A stretch of 64,000 nt of DNA, taken from positions 171,625-235,624 of the IMG/VR virus record IMGVR_UViG_3300027844_001828; one strand, given 5' to 3'. Shown piece by piece: positions 52,928 to 62,472 of the stretch. Below the pieces are notes generated by a model, which made no database searches, was not told where the DNA came from, and saw only the letters and a program-made list of their open reading frames with translations. Within the stretch, counting starts at the first letter, position 1. Each line of letters opens with the position of its first letter. The position numbers and the translations under genes were made by a program.

Positions 52928-53557
52928 ATGGACCTTGTACCCGGAACACTTGCAGTTCATCGTGGCAGTATTGTTTTCGTCACCAGAGTCGAAAACGCGA
53001 AAAAGTATCCCATCATCTTCAAGAAAGCGTTACAGGCGAAGGGGACATATCACGACAGAGCCACCGGCTTTTCTTCTGTGATCGGCTCATTTGACTTGAA
53101 GCAGTTCAACGAACTCTCCGGGTCTCCGGCGCGAACCATTGAAGCTGACGATGACGTTGATCTCGATGCGGTGGAAGTTTACATTAAGGGGTTGAACATC
53201 GATGATGATCTCCTCTTGAAGAGTGGTAAGACAGCGAAGTATCGCGGATGGGTATCGCGTCGTCCAGTGATGCCAATCTCAGCCACTATCAATGGTAGGC
53301 CGTTTAAGCTCCGGCCCGACAGCATTGTCCTCCCGAAAGATAAACGTTCTGAGGATGTAATCATGGAAGAAGTCCTTGATGTCTACTGCGGTCTCTCGCC
53401 GGAAAATCTTACCAGTGACGGTGAAGTGAGAGCCTCGGCGGTTGTTAACCAGCGTTATCGTGAGTTGAAAAAGCAGCTTCGCGGCTTGTGCAGTGAACTT
53501 GGCCGTGATGTCAGCGAGACAGAAGCGTACTCTTATCCCGGAAACATGAACAAGTAA
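52928..53557 (+). CDS. Hypothetical protein with LSPENLxxDGE domain
   Basis: GGAG SD; C-terminal motif common in large phages. Confidence 0.65.
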   Translation: MDLVPGTLAVHRGSIVFVTRVENAKKYPIIFKKALQAKGTYHDRATGFSSVIGSFDLKQFNELSGSPARTIEADDDVDLDAVEVYIKGLNIDDDLLLKSGKTAKYRGWVSRRPVMPISATINGRPFKLRPDSIVLPKDKRSEDVIMEEVLDVYCGLSPENLTSDGEVRASAVVNQRYRELKKQLRGLCSELGRDVSETEAYSYPGNMNK

Positions 53558-53567
53558 CTGGAGAATT

Positions 53568-54260
53568 ATGATGTCTGTGATCCAACTCAATACCGAGCAT
53601 GAAAACCGAAGTGAGACATGGGACGGGGGGAGTGATCTTCCTGACGGCCTGTCTGTCAAAGAGATTCCTACCACCTATCAGTATGATGGTAAGACCGTAT
53701 CTTACTCATACAAGCGGTATACCTATCCCGAACTCGGCTCACCCCGGATGTATGACAGCATGATGGGCGGCGTCATCGTCCCCATTAGCGGGAAGAAGTA
53801 TCGCATCATCATTGAAGTCAATTACTATGATGATGTTCCAAGTAACGCTATCCTCACGTTCATTCCGACCGACGAGTCAGAGACGGAATTCACTCCCTAT
53901 GATGTAGTTGCGCATCACAAGATGCTCGTCGAAGAGATGAAGAAACGTCGAGACAATTATCTTGAGGAAGATGATGAAGATTATAACCTCTTCTACAAGA
54001 ACATGGCAGCAGAGGAACAGCACAACATTGATCAGATTGAAATGGGCGATTATTCCTATTCTTCCGGGAGCAAGGTCAAGTTGTTTGGTCAACCGGACTT
54101 CGTTCAAGATGGAATGTTTCCACTTTATGAAGGACGCATCGCTCGCCACCTTGTCACCTTTGAAGATAACTGGGGTGACTCTGGGAATACCAACATCATG
54201 ATTGGTCTTGATGAAGCCGGAATCCCAGCAAAAGCATGGTTCGAGGCAAGTTGTTGCTAA
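53568..54260 (+). CDS. YwqG/DUF1963-like protein
   Basis: KLFGQPDFVQ...WGDSG...terminal CC. Confidence 0.5.
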   Translation: MMSVIQLNTEHENRSETWDGGSDLPDGLSVKEIPTTYQYDGKTVSYSYKRYTYPELGSPRMYDSMMGGVIVPISGKKYRIIIEVNYYDDVPSNAILTFIPTDESETEFTPYDVVAHHKMLVEEMKKRRDNYLEEDDEDYNLFYKNMAAEEQHNIDQIEMGDYSYSSGSKVKLFGQPDFVQDGMFPLYEGRIARHLVTFEDNWGDSGNTNIMIGLDEAGIPAKAWFEASCC

Positions 54261-54276
54261 TCTTTTCAAAAGTGGC

Positions 54277-54304
54277 TTGAAATTTTCACAACCTACGTTA
54301 TAGT
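54277..54304 (+). promoter_or_regulatory. Sigma70-like promoter, 16-bp spacer
   Basis: TTGAAA-N16-TATAGT. Confidence 0.7.
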
Positions 54305-54362
54305 ATTATCAACGTCAGCAAAAGTTGACAGTAACTGAAACCGCCACCAATGGGAGGCACTT

Positions 54363-55427
54363 ATGAGCGCAGGAATCATACCCGGAGTCGATGCAGGATG
54401 TATTGGCTACAAGGAACATTTCGGGGGTACCTGGCATGGGTTCCCGGAGTACGAAGTTATCGATGGCCCAGTCTCAATGGAACAGACCCGTAAAATTCTT
54501 GAGCATGAAGTTGTCATGAATCCGGTAACGTTGACTGGTGACTTCGAAGGCGAGGAAACCGAGATGTTCGCTCTTGTTCGCAAGGACACTGGCCGCGTCC
54601 TTTACAAAGAGAGCGTGTCGGATGAGTATTACATCACCCAGAACAAGGCGTTTCTCGACCAGCTTCAGTTGCGTATCTTGACCCCAAACCCGCAAGTTTC
54701 AATCGAATCCACCGGTACGCTCTTCGCCTTCCGCGTCGGTTTCGTGAACTTGCTTCTCAATCGGTTCCGTGTCAATGGTGATGACAGTGAGACAATCGCT
54801 CGTCTCATGTACTACAATGCGTTCGGTGGTCGCAGCATTACAGCTGGCGCACACACCACTCGTATCGAATGTGCCAACACGATGAACATGGCCGAAGCGC
54901 AAGCTTACGCTAACGCAACGATCAAGAAGTTCAAGCATACAAAGAATGCTGAGAAACGTCTTGCTGACCACCTCGTTGACTTGGGCGAGATGTATTCGCT
55001 CATGGAAACGCACAAGGACGCACTCAACTGGCTTTCTTCGCAGACTATCAACTCAACGGAAGTTCAGCGGTTCGTTGGTAACCTCTTCGCCCTCCCAGCC
55101 AAGGCTTCGAAGACGATGATCAGTCGGCGAACCAGAGAGCGGGGCGAACTCTTGCAACACTTCGAGGACTGTGACAATCTTCAGGGTGCGATTGCGAGGA
55201 CTCGATTTTCCATGCTTCAGGCTGTTATCTGGTACGCGAACAACAACAATATCCGTGGGGATAGTGACATGGCGTATTCGTACTTCAATACGGTTTCCGG
55301 CGGGACACGTGATGCCTTGAATCAGCAGGCGTTCAGGCTCTTGACTTGTCAAGACATCCCGCTCCCAGTCGTTGACATCACTGAACCGGAAACGGCGGGT
55401 GAGACGGAACTTGCTCCCGCAGAGTAA
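54363..55427 (+). CDS. DUF932 (TIGR03299-like) protein
   Basis: WHG, VSDEY..TQN, ESTGTL, RIECANT, KHT. Confidence 0.75.
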   Translation: MSAGIIPGVDAGCIGYKEHFGGTWHGFPEYEVIDGPVSMEQTRKILEHEVVMNPVTLTGDFEGEETEMFALVRKDTGRVLYKESVSDEYYITQNKAFLDQLQLRILTPNPQVSIESTGTLFAFRVGFVNLLLNRFRVNGDDSETIARLMYYNAFGGRSITAGAHTTRIECANTMNMAEAQAYANATIKKFKHTKNAEKRLADHLVDLGEMYSLMETHKDALNWLSSQTINSTEVQRFVGNLFALPAKASKTMISRRTRERGELLQHFEDCDNLQGAIARTRFSMLQAVIWYANNNNIRGDSDMAYSYFNTVSGGTRDALNQQAFRLLTCQDIPLPVVDITEPETAGETELAPAE

Positions 55428-55812
55428 CGTCCACTGAATGCGCACACGGGGGAGGGGTTTCCTCCCCCATTAACATCTGAGGTAAAATTATGAGTCGTAA
55501 TTAGATTCATGTATCAAGTACAGACAGTTTTTTTGGCAGAGCGAGATCGACAGGTATCTTTTTGGTGGTTACACAGTTGTCCCACAAACAACTACGATTG
55601 TTATTTCTGGTGAAAAGAAGTTCTTCAGTATGTTCATGAATCCACCGAAGGAACGCGAGGGTGATTCGATCACTGATGAAGATTAAAAGAAATTTCACAA
55701 TACGGTTTGTATTTAATTCGATGCGTGTCATATTGTGATTGTTAAGGCCGAATGTGGGGTTTGCCACCACAAAATAAACACCAAACATGTTCAAGCAATG
55801 GAGAACACCAGC

Positions 55813-56178
55813 ATGAGCGAGAATCAAAACGAGAATGAATGTGCCGATGGTGCCGAGACTCAGGTGCCGACAACGAATCAGCGTGGCCGGGCGAAGGGTT
55901 CCGTGACTGCCGCTCAGAAGGAATCGATGCAGAATGGCCGTATCGCTGCTGGCAAGCGCAAGGCAGCGGCGATCAAGGTCATCGAGAAGAACGATGCCTT
56001 CACGAAGGCTTCGACTTGGCGCAACGTTGACCCGACCATTACGGCGGCGATCATCGACGCGGCAACCGAAGGCGGAGCAAAGGCGCAGGACAAGCAGGAT
56101 GCGGCTCGTGCCGTGGCTCAGTCCCGCATTAACGCCATCGACGCTGAACGGGCGCAGTTGGTTGCAGACCTCGGCTAA
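55813..56178 (+). CDS. Ala-rich hypothetical protein, probably highly expressed
   Basis: GGAG SD; GC-rich codons; own promoter and terminator. Confidence 0.65.
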   Translation: MSENQNENECADGAETQVPTTNQRGRAKGSVTAAQKESMQNGRIAAGKRKAAAIKVIEKNDAFTKASTWRNVDPTITAAIIDAATEGGAKAQDKQDAARAVAQSRINAIDAERAQLVADLG

Positions 56179-56206
56179 GACAGCCGAACGTCGAATATTA
56201 GTAAAG

Positions 56207-56238
56207 AAAAGCCCCACCGGGAAACTGGTGGGGCTTTT
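56207..56238 (+). terminator. Intrinsic terminator preceding palindrome
   Basis: AAAAGCCCCACCGG-GAAA-CTGGTGGGGCTTTT. Confidence 0.85.
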
Positions 56239-56297
56239 CTGTTTTCCCGGCTCGCCGATCTTTACCCCCTTGGCGAGACCTCCTGGTGACCTCGGCT

Positions 56298-56331
56298 GGC
56301 TCACTGTATAAAACATTTTATACAGTGGACC
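56298..56331 (+). repeat. 34-bp palindrome, copy 5
   Basis: GGCTCACTGTATA-AAACATTT-TATACAGTGGACC. Confidence 0.95.
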
Positions 56332-56424
56332 AAAACGGGTGGTCTCGATCAGACCAGGGCTGACCTCTCATATTTCTTTTCAAGAACAGCTTGCAATGTT
56401 GAAGATGCGATCTATATTGTTGAT

Positions 56425-56571
56425 GTGTATAGCACAAGCTACCTCACAGGGGTGAGGGGAAATGCATCAATCGGAGAAAACGGTTGAAGTGCAGGAGGGA
56501 TTCTACTCCTTTAAGTACAGGTATGAGCTGCGTTTTTGCGAAGTATCAGTGGCTTGAATCCTGTTACATAC
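56425..56571 (+). ncRNA. Candidate multibranch, possibly pseudoknotted RNA directly after a promoter
   Basis: CAAGCTAC/GTGGCTTG closing stem, 3-4 hairpins, loop GGATTC complementary to GAATCC. Confidence 0.5.
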
Positions 56572-57680
56572 TAACTTAACAAGGGGGATGAGATGAATGA
56601 TGGGAATAAAAATCTCAAACTTGATCTAATGCTTCTGGGCAACAAGCTCGTGACTGAGTATGGATACCCGACGGGGAATCAGATGATCGGATCGTCATGG
56701 TTCCTGAATGCAGTGAACAATTTTACAGAAGCTTTGAACGAGGCACCACCAGAGGTGCTGGAACTCCTGTCAGAATTTGGTTACGATTGGCCTGTTGTTG
56801 AAAAATGAAATAGGAGAAACAGAGGTAGCGTAGATGGAAATTAATAAAAAACGAATCAGGGTGACCTACGAGATTATCACACCTGAGTCTTCTGCCAACG
56901 GAGATGTTGCAGAGAGTGGGTGGCTCGATGAGGGGGGTAGAGACTTCCGTCTACCTCTTTGTCCGAGTAGCCCTGAAGGAGATACCCCAGTTGCTTTCGC
57001 TATTGATCACCTGAGATGTGAGGGAGCAACCAGTGATGGGGGTAGTGAATGGTTGACTGCCTACGGGGATATGGAAACTGACGGTAGCGTGACCAATACA
57101 TCCTTCCACCTTGTCGAAGGTGAGTGGACTGACGAGGAAATTGATGAAATTCATAGAGCTTTGTCGCCAGCACCATATAACGCAGCAGCATATGCTGCCA
57201 AAATGAGAAATAAAAAATGAAAAAGACCATCGATTACTACACAGAGATGTGCGTTGACGGAAGTGGACGAGTAGTTCTGATGCGGGAAGATAGCGATAAC
57301 TATGTAGAGGAAGTGACCATCGTTGAAGGGACGAAATACTCCTCTGGCTATAGCGTGACAGCAATGGATGTTCAGGCAGCTATCACACAGGACATCATGC
57401 GAAACTGTGTCAGGGTAGATTACCGACTGTCCCCTGACGTAGACAAGGGCGACAATAGGACTACTCGATACGAGACTCCCCAGTACGCCAATTGTGAGCC
57501 TGTATTACCTTCCCGTAAATAAAAAAAACAGGAGAAACCAGATGAGTAATGAGTTTCCCCTTGCAATAGTTAGGTGAAGAGAGAGAAACCTAACAAGGAG
57601 GAAACGATGTTTAAGTCAGAGTTTGCAATCAAGGCACTGATTCTCGTGTGTGGTCACCCAACTAACTAAGGAAAGGAACA

Positions 57681-57980
57681 ATGAACAATCAAGTGATAGC
57701 TAATGAATTGGTGGCAGGGTCAACGGCAAAAGGGCTTTTCGATGCTATTATGATGGATATAATGCCACGGGCATCTGTCACTGTCGATTTTGGTATCGAT
57801 TCAAAGAAGCACTATGAAGCTTTATATTATCCTATTAGGTCAGGCGAGATTGATTTACAAGATTTAGAGAGAGTGGTGGGAGATGGTCCTGCTATTACGG
57901 ATCTCGTGAGAAAGAGCAAGGGAAATCCTCATCGGAACATCACATTTACAACCAGCTATGATGGCAAGTATGGACAATAA
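57681..57980 (+). CDS. IAxEL-leader family protein (short leader)
   Basis: MNNQVIANELVAG. Confidence 0.7.
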   Translation: MNNQVIANELVAGSTAKGLFDAIMMDIMPRASVTVDFGIDSKKHYEALYYPIRSGEIDLQDLERVVGDGPAITDLVRKSKGNPHRNITFTTSYDGKYGQ

Positions 57981-58299
57981 TAAAATAGCTAATGAACTTC
58001 TGAAAGTGGCTGAAAGCCTGATCGCTGGGAGAGGTTTCACCAAACAGCGCACAGAACCACTTCCGGATGTGAACGGGGTGTGGCGAAAGGTTTGGTTCAA
58101 CTACCACCCTGATGGAACTATGGAGATTCAACTCTCTTCAACGGCAAAGATCGAGTTTGGGTTCAGTACCTATGTGGACAGAGATTGGGGGATTTGGGAT
58201 ACGAATCAATTGGATGACCTTTACAAAAACATTCGGAATGGCAAGATGCCAAGAGGATTCGTCCACACAGAGGGTGCCAAGTTCATACCTGAACAATGA
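57970..58299 (+). CDS. IAxEL-leader family protein
   Basis: MDNNKIANELLKVAESLIAG. Confidence 0.75.
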   Translation: MDNNKIANELLKVAESLIAGRGFTKQRTEPLPDVNGVWRKVWFNYHPDGTMEIQLSSTAKIEFGFSTYVDRDWGIWDTNQLDDLYKNIRNGKMPRGFVHTEGAKFIPEQ

Positions 58300-58682
58300 A
58301 TCAGAAAATAGCATCTGAGTTAGTGGATATGGCTGAGAGGGTCGCTGCAAATAAAACTCTCTTGGATTATGATGGGGATGATGCAGAAATAGCTGATGAC
58401 TTGGAAGCGGCATTGAGTTATTTTCTTGGCGGTTCTTCAGAGGTGAACAAGACTGAGATCATTTTCTATGAAGAAGAAACACGAAAGGGTGAATCAGTTC
58501 AGATATCGGTAACGGTGGAAAATCAATGGCGGAATCTTTTAGTCGGTCTCTACATCACAGGGGAAAATGGTGATGGACCCACATACGAGGACGGTATGTG
58601 GAGCTTTGATATCACCGATTCGGTTCGAGAAGTTGCCAAAACCATTGGACAAGCTGCTCAAAAAGTACTCAAAAAGTTCTAA
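58296..58682 (+). CDS. IAxEL-leader family protein
   Basis: MNQKIASELVDMAERVAAN. Confidence 0.75.
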   Translation: MNQKIASELVDMAERVAANKTLLDYDGDDAEIADDLEAALSYFLGGSSEVNKTEIIFYEEETRKGESVQISVTVENQWRNLLVGLYITGENGDGPTYEDGMWSFDITDSVREVAKTIGQAAQKVLKKF

Positions 58683-58697
58683 ACAAGGAGAGAAACA

Positions 58698-58883
58698 ATG
58701 AATCAAAAAATAGCAAGTGAGATGGTGGAGAAGGTTGTGAATAGGGTTGCTGCTGGTGTAGCTTCCGAGGCGGGATTGTATCACAGGTTTACAGGCACAA
58801 TTAGTGTAAAAAACGCAATTTTTGAACTAAAGAGAGACGGAAAAATAGATTGGAAAAAAGGAACTTGGGTAGCTGGAAAGTAG
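58698..58883 (+). CDS. IAxEL-leader family protein
   Basis: AAGGAG SD; MNQKIASEMVEKVVNRVAAG. Confidence 0.7.
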   Translation: MNQKIASEMVEKVVNRVAAGVASEAGLYHRFTGTISVKNAIFELKRDGKIDWKKGTWVAGK

Positions 58884-59489
58884 CGCAGTAGAACCACACT
58901 TTAACGAGCGTCTTGGAATCAAAACTAACTAAGGAAAGGACAATGGACAATCTATCGTTATCCGATATCAAGAAGGCAATTCAAGCAGTTAAAAGAGACA
59001 AGTGGCGTGATGATAGGACCATCATGAGTATTGTTGAAATATTCTTAGCATAGTTTGTAATAACTAAAAATGAGGTTAGAGTAAGAACATGAGTCAACCA
59101 TATTCAATTTTCATTCTCCATGACAATGGTACATGGGAACAACCAACGTTTTGTGTTGAGAACGGAGACCGCCTTTCTTTGGATGAAATTGAGAAATGCG
59201 CACAAAACCAGTTCGGCGGGTTTCTTAGCTATGGCCTTCAATCAGATGATGACGCCCCCGAAGAGAATATCTGTGAAATCCCTAACCCCATTAACAAGAA
59301 GGCGTAACATGGAATCCGATATTATCAATATCCTTACCGAGCTCCTTCAATATTATGGGCCGGAGCACGGTGTCACGAACACTTCAATGGTCGGCACAGA
59401 TTGTTCTGTCGCCTTCGATTTTTCCGGGAAGTCATTTCTTATAAGCTCTAACGATATAAATTTGATCGATGAACTGGTAAATTAGCGAC

Positions 59490-60578
59490 ATGCAAATTGG
59501 CGTTCCAAAAGAAATTAAAAACAACGAGTTCAGGGTTGGGCTAACTCCTGCTTCAGTAGCTGAATTAATTGCTAACAATCATTCCGTCTTTGTTGAACAT
59601 AATGCTGGCAAAGAAATTGGCTTCTCTGATAACGATTACTCTTTAGCAGGAGCAAATATTCTTGAAACTGCTGCCGAAGTCTTCAATGCTGCCGAGCTTA
59701 TTATTAAGGTTAAGGAGCCCATGCAAGAAGAATTGCAATTTCTATCCGCTCGCCACACTCTTTTTACTTACTTGCACTTAGCTGGTGATAAGAAGCATGC
59801 TGCTAATCTAATTAAAACTGGTGTTACAGGCATTGCTTATGAAACTGTTACTTCAGCTAATGGCTCTTTGCCATTGCTTGCGCCAATGAGTGCTATTGCT
59901 GGTCAACTCAGCATAGTGGTTGGCTCCTATCATCTGTTAAAACCAAATAAAGGCAGGGGAACTTTAATTGGATCTTTTGGAGAAATTGATCCAAGAGTTG
60001 TTACTGTTATTGGAGCAGGCGTGGCTGGTACTGAGGCCATTGAAAAAGCAATTAGAAACAATGCTCACGTTAAAATTATTGATTTATCTAAAGAGAGATT
60101 GGCTGAGTTAGAAGTAATTCATGGAACTGACCGCATTGAATACATTGAATCCACCGACGCTGCGATTGTCGAGGCTTTATCACAATCTGACTTGGTTGTT
60201 GGCGCTGTTTATGTTGTTGGCAAACAAGCTCCAAAAATCGTAACAGAGAAAATGCTTGCCAAGATGACCCCAGGAAGTGTGATGGTTGATATTTCAATTG
60301 ATCAAGGCGGATGCTTTGAGACAAGCCGACCAACGAATCATGATGAGCCTACTTTTATTAAAGATGGAGTCGTGCATTATTGTGTTACTAACATGCCCGC
60401 CGCAGTTCCCTTGACGGCGACCCACGCATTGAATAAAGCAACCTTACCTTTTGTGATAGACCTAGCAAACAAAGGTATAGATCAAGCATTAAAAGATGAC
60501 GAACATCTTTTAAATGGATTGAATATAAAAAATGGTGAAGTTGTTCATCCTGCTGTAAAAGAAGCCTTGCTAGGCTAA
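59490..60578 (+). CDS. ald: Alanine dehydrogenase
   Basis: IGVPKEIKNNEFRVGLTP, KVKEP, FTYLHLA, LPLLAPMS, GAGVAG, IDQGGCFETS, HYCVTNMP. Confidence 0.96.
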   Translation: MQIGVPKEIKNNEFRVGLTPASVAELIANNHSVFVEHNAGKEIGFSDNDYSLAGANILETAAEVFNAAELIIKVKEPMQEELQFLSARHTLFTYLHLAGDKKHAANLIKTGVTGIAYETVTSANGSLPLLAPMSAIAGQLSIVVGSYHLLKPNKGRGTLIGSFGEIDPRVVTVIGAGVAGTEAIEKAIRNNAHVKIIDLSKERLAELEVIHGTDRIEYIESTDAAIVEALSQSDLVVGAVYVVGKQAPKIVTEKMLAKMTPGSVMVDISIDQGGCFETSRPTNHDEPTFIKDGVVHYCVTNMPAAVPLTATHALNKATLPFVIDLANKGIDQALKDDEHLLNGLNIKNGEVVHPAVKEALLG

Positions 60579-62380
60579 ATCGTCAATAGCGACTTAGTGC
60601 GCGGGTTCGAGCAGTGTTGGCAGGTATTTGACGGTGACCTATCGAAGTGCATGGCGGTGACTGAATTGATACTTGCCGGTGGCTTTTACGGCATTCGGAC
60701 TGCGGATTACTGCGGCGATAATGGTGACGGGTTCTCGTCTGAGTTTATCATCGACTCCACCGACGTGGACGGACTGAAAGCGATCTATAAACAGTACAAA
60801 GCGAGGGCAACACGATGAGCACGATGCAAATTACGACAATCCCAACATCACCAACTATGCCGAATCGGTATAGGTAACGCCCGTGGGTAGTGTGTTGCAG
60901 CAGCAGGTCTACCTGTCTGCATCCTACGATGCCGCAATGAGCGAGTACCGCGACCGACTGAACAAGTAACCACAACCGCAACGGCGCGCCAGATAACAGA
61001 GAGGAATGAACATGGAAACCCACCACGCATACTACACGCACGACGAACACGACAAGTGGACGCTGATACACCAAGGCCTGCCATGCAATGCACCCCGCGA
61101 TCTCGCAACGTGCCGCAAGCTGGCGAAGCGTTACGGGCTGGAAGTCACGCACGTATGGCTGGCCGAGGACGGAAAGTTCGCGCCGCTAACACAAGTCGGA
61201 GAGGATGGGCTTGTCGAGCGGTGCGTTGACTGCAACGGCACGAACATCGAAGAACAAACCTGTAACGATTGCTTAACTGAGGCGCTAACATGACACGCGA
61301 ACCATCAATCACAATACGCAAGACAAACCGCAAACGCGATATTTTTTTCTTTCAGTGCATTTGTTAGCTCTAAGTTAGGGTTGGCCCCCATGCATGGAGA
61401 GGTTTATGGCTATGGTTCAATGTGCGCACCGTCGCCAACAGCCTTCGCCAAGGATTGTGATTACATTGCGAAGTGGAGGGATATCCTCCGGGGCGAATAC
61501 TCCAGGCTTGACGGTGTGATCATCAGTGATGGTGACTACCGCACTGGGAATATCTTCGTTGTTTTCTTCAAGCCTGCTTGACAAATGACTTGCACTGAGT
61601 AATGTACACGCATGCGTAACATACACGAAATCAATGGAGTTAATATTATGGCAACAATAAAAAATCCCGGAGGCACATCGAATTTACAGGGTAGAGAGAA
61701 CAGTATTCGAAGTCTCTCATTAGTCAATGCCAGAATATGTGGAGATAGTTCAGATGGAATCGTCTCAAAGAGGTGTGATTGCAAGTACCTCAACCCTGGA
61801 GATGTGCTTACGAGTTGCCAGACTGGTTGTAGCGAGCTTCGGACAGTCATTTTCATGTTGGAAAACATGACAGAGGAGGAGTATCAATTAGCCTTGTCTG
61901 TTGGAGCCGAACGCCTTAGAGGTTCCGAAAGAAAAGCCCGGCTCGATAGGTTGCGGGACAAGCTCGATGATGTAGACATTCGTACTTTACAGTCAGAAGG
62001 GCTTGATATCTAAGATTCAGGAGTCATTGTAACACCATGAATCACACACTGACAGCCAAGGAACAATCATGACGCGACATGGAACATGTTATTGGAAGAA
62101 CTTCAACTGTGCTCAAATTTATTATCATGATCAAGGCCATGATGATTATGAGATCAACGACAAACTATATCGTCGTGAGATCATTTGCAATGAGGAGCCC
62201 AAGTGCAACACTGCTGCCGGAGAGATCATCAACGTGGATGAATATGGTCGCTACCTGATATTTGTCCCTGACACGCCTCCTGCGCCAGCCAAGCCGGAAC
62301 CCAAAGCGTTCAATTTGATCATTGGACATTCACGGGAATTGATGTCGTCATAAGTTCTTGGCAGGGTGGCGTTTACATAG

Positions 62381-62408
62381 AGAGCCTCATCGGAAACGGT
62401 GGGGCTTT
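62381..62408 (+). terminator. Intrinsic terminator preceding palindrome
   Basis: GAGCCTCATCG-GAAA-CGGTGGGGCTTT. Confidence 0.7.
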
Positions 62409-62472
62409 CGTGTGTCCAGAGGAAGGGAGAATCCGAGGCTCTGCCTCTCCATCGCTCGATTGGGCCTCTGTC

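Noticed and set aside
55507-56316. 269-aa minus-strand ORF and other ORFs starting MFYTV or containing GPLYK
   Set aside because: They are translations of the 34-bp palindrome and antisense of real + strand genes, crossing terminators and promoters.
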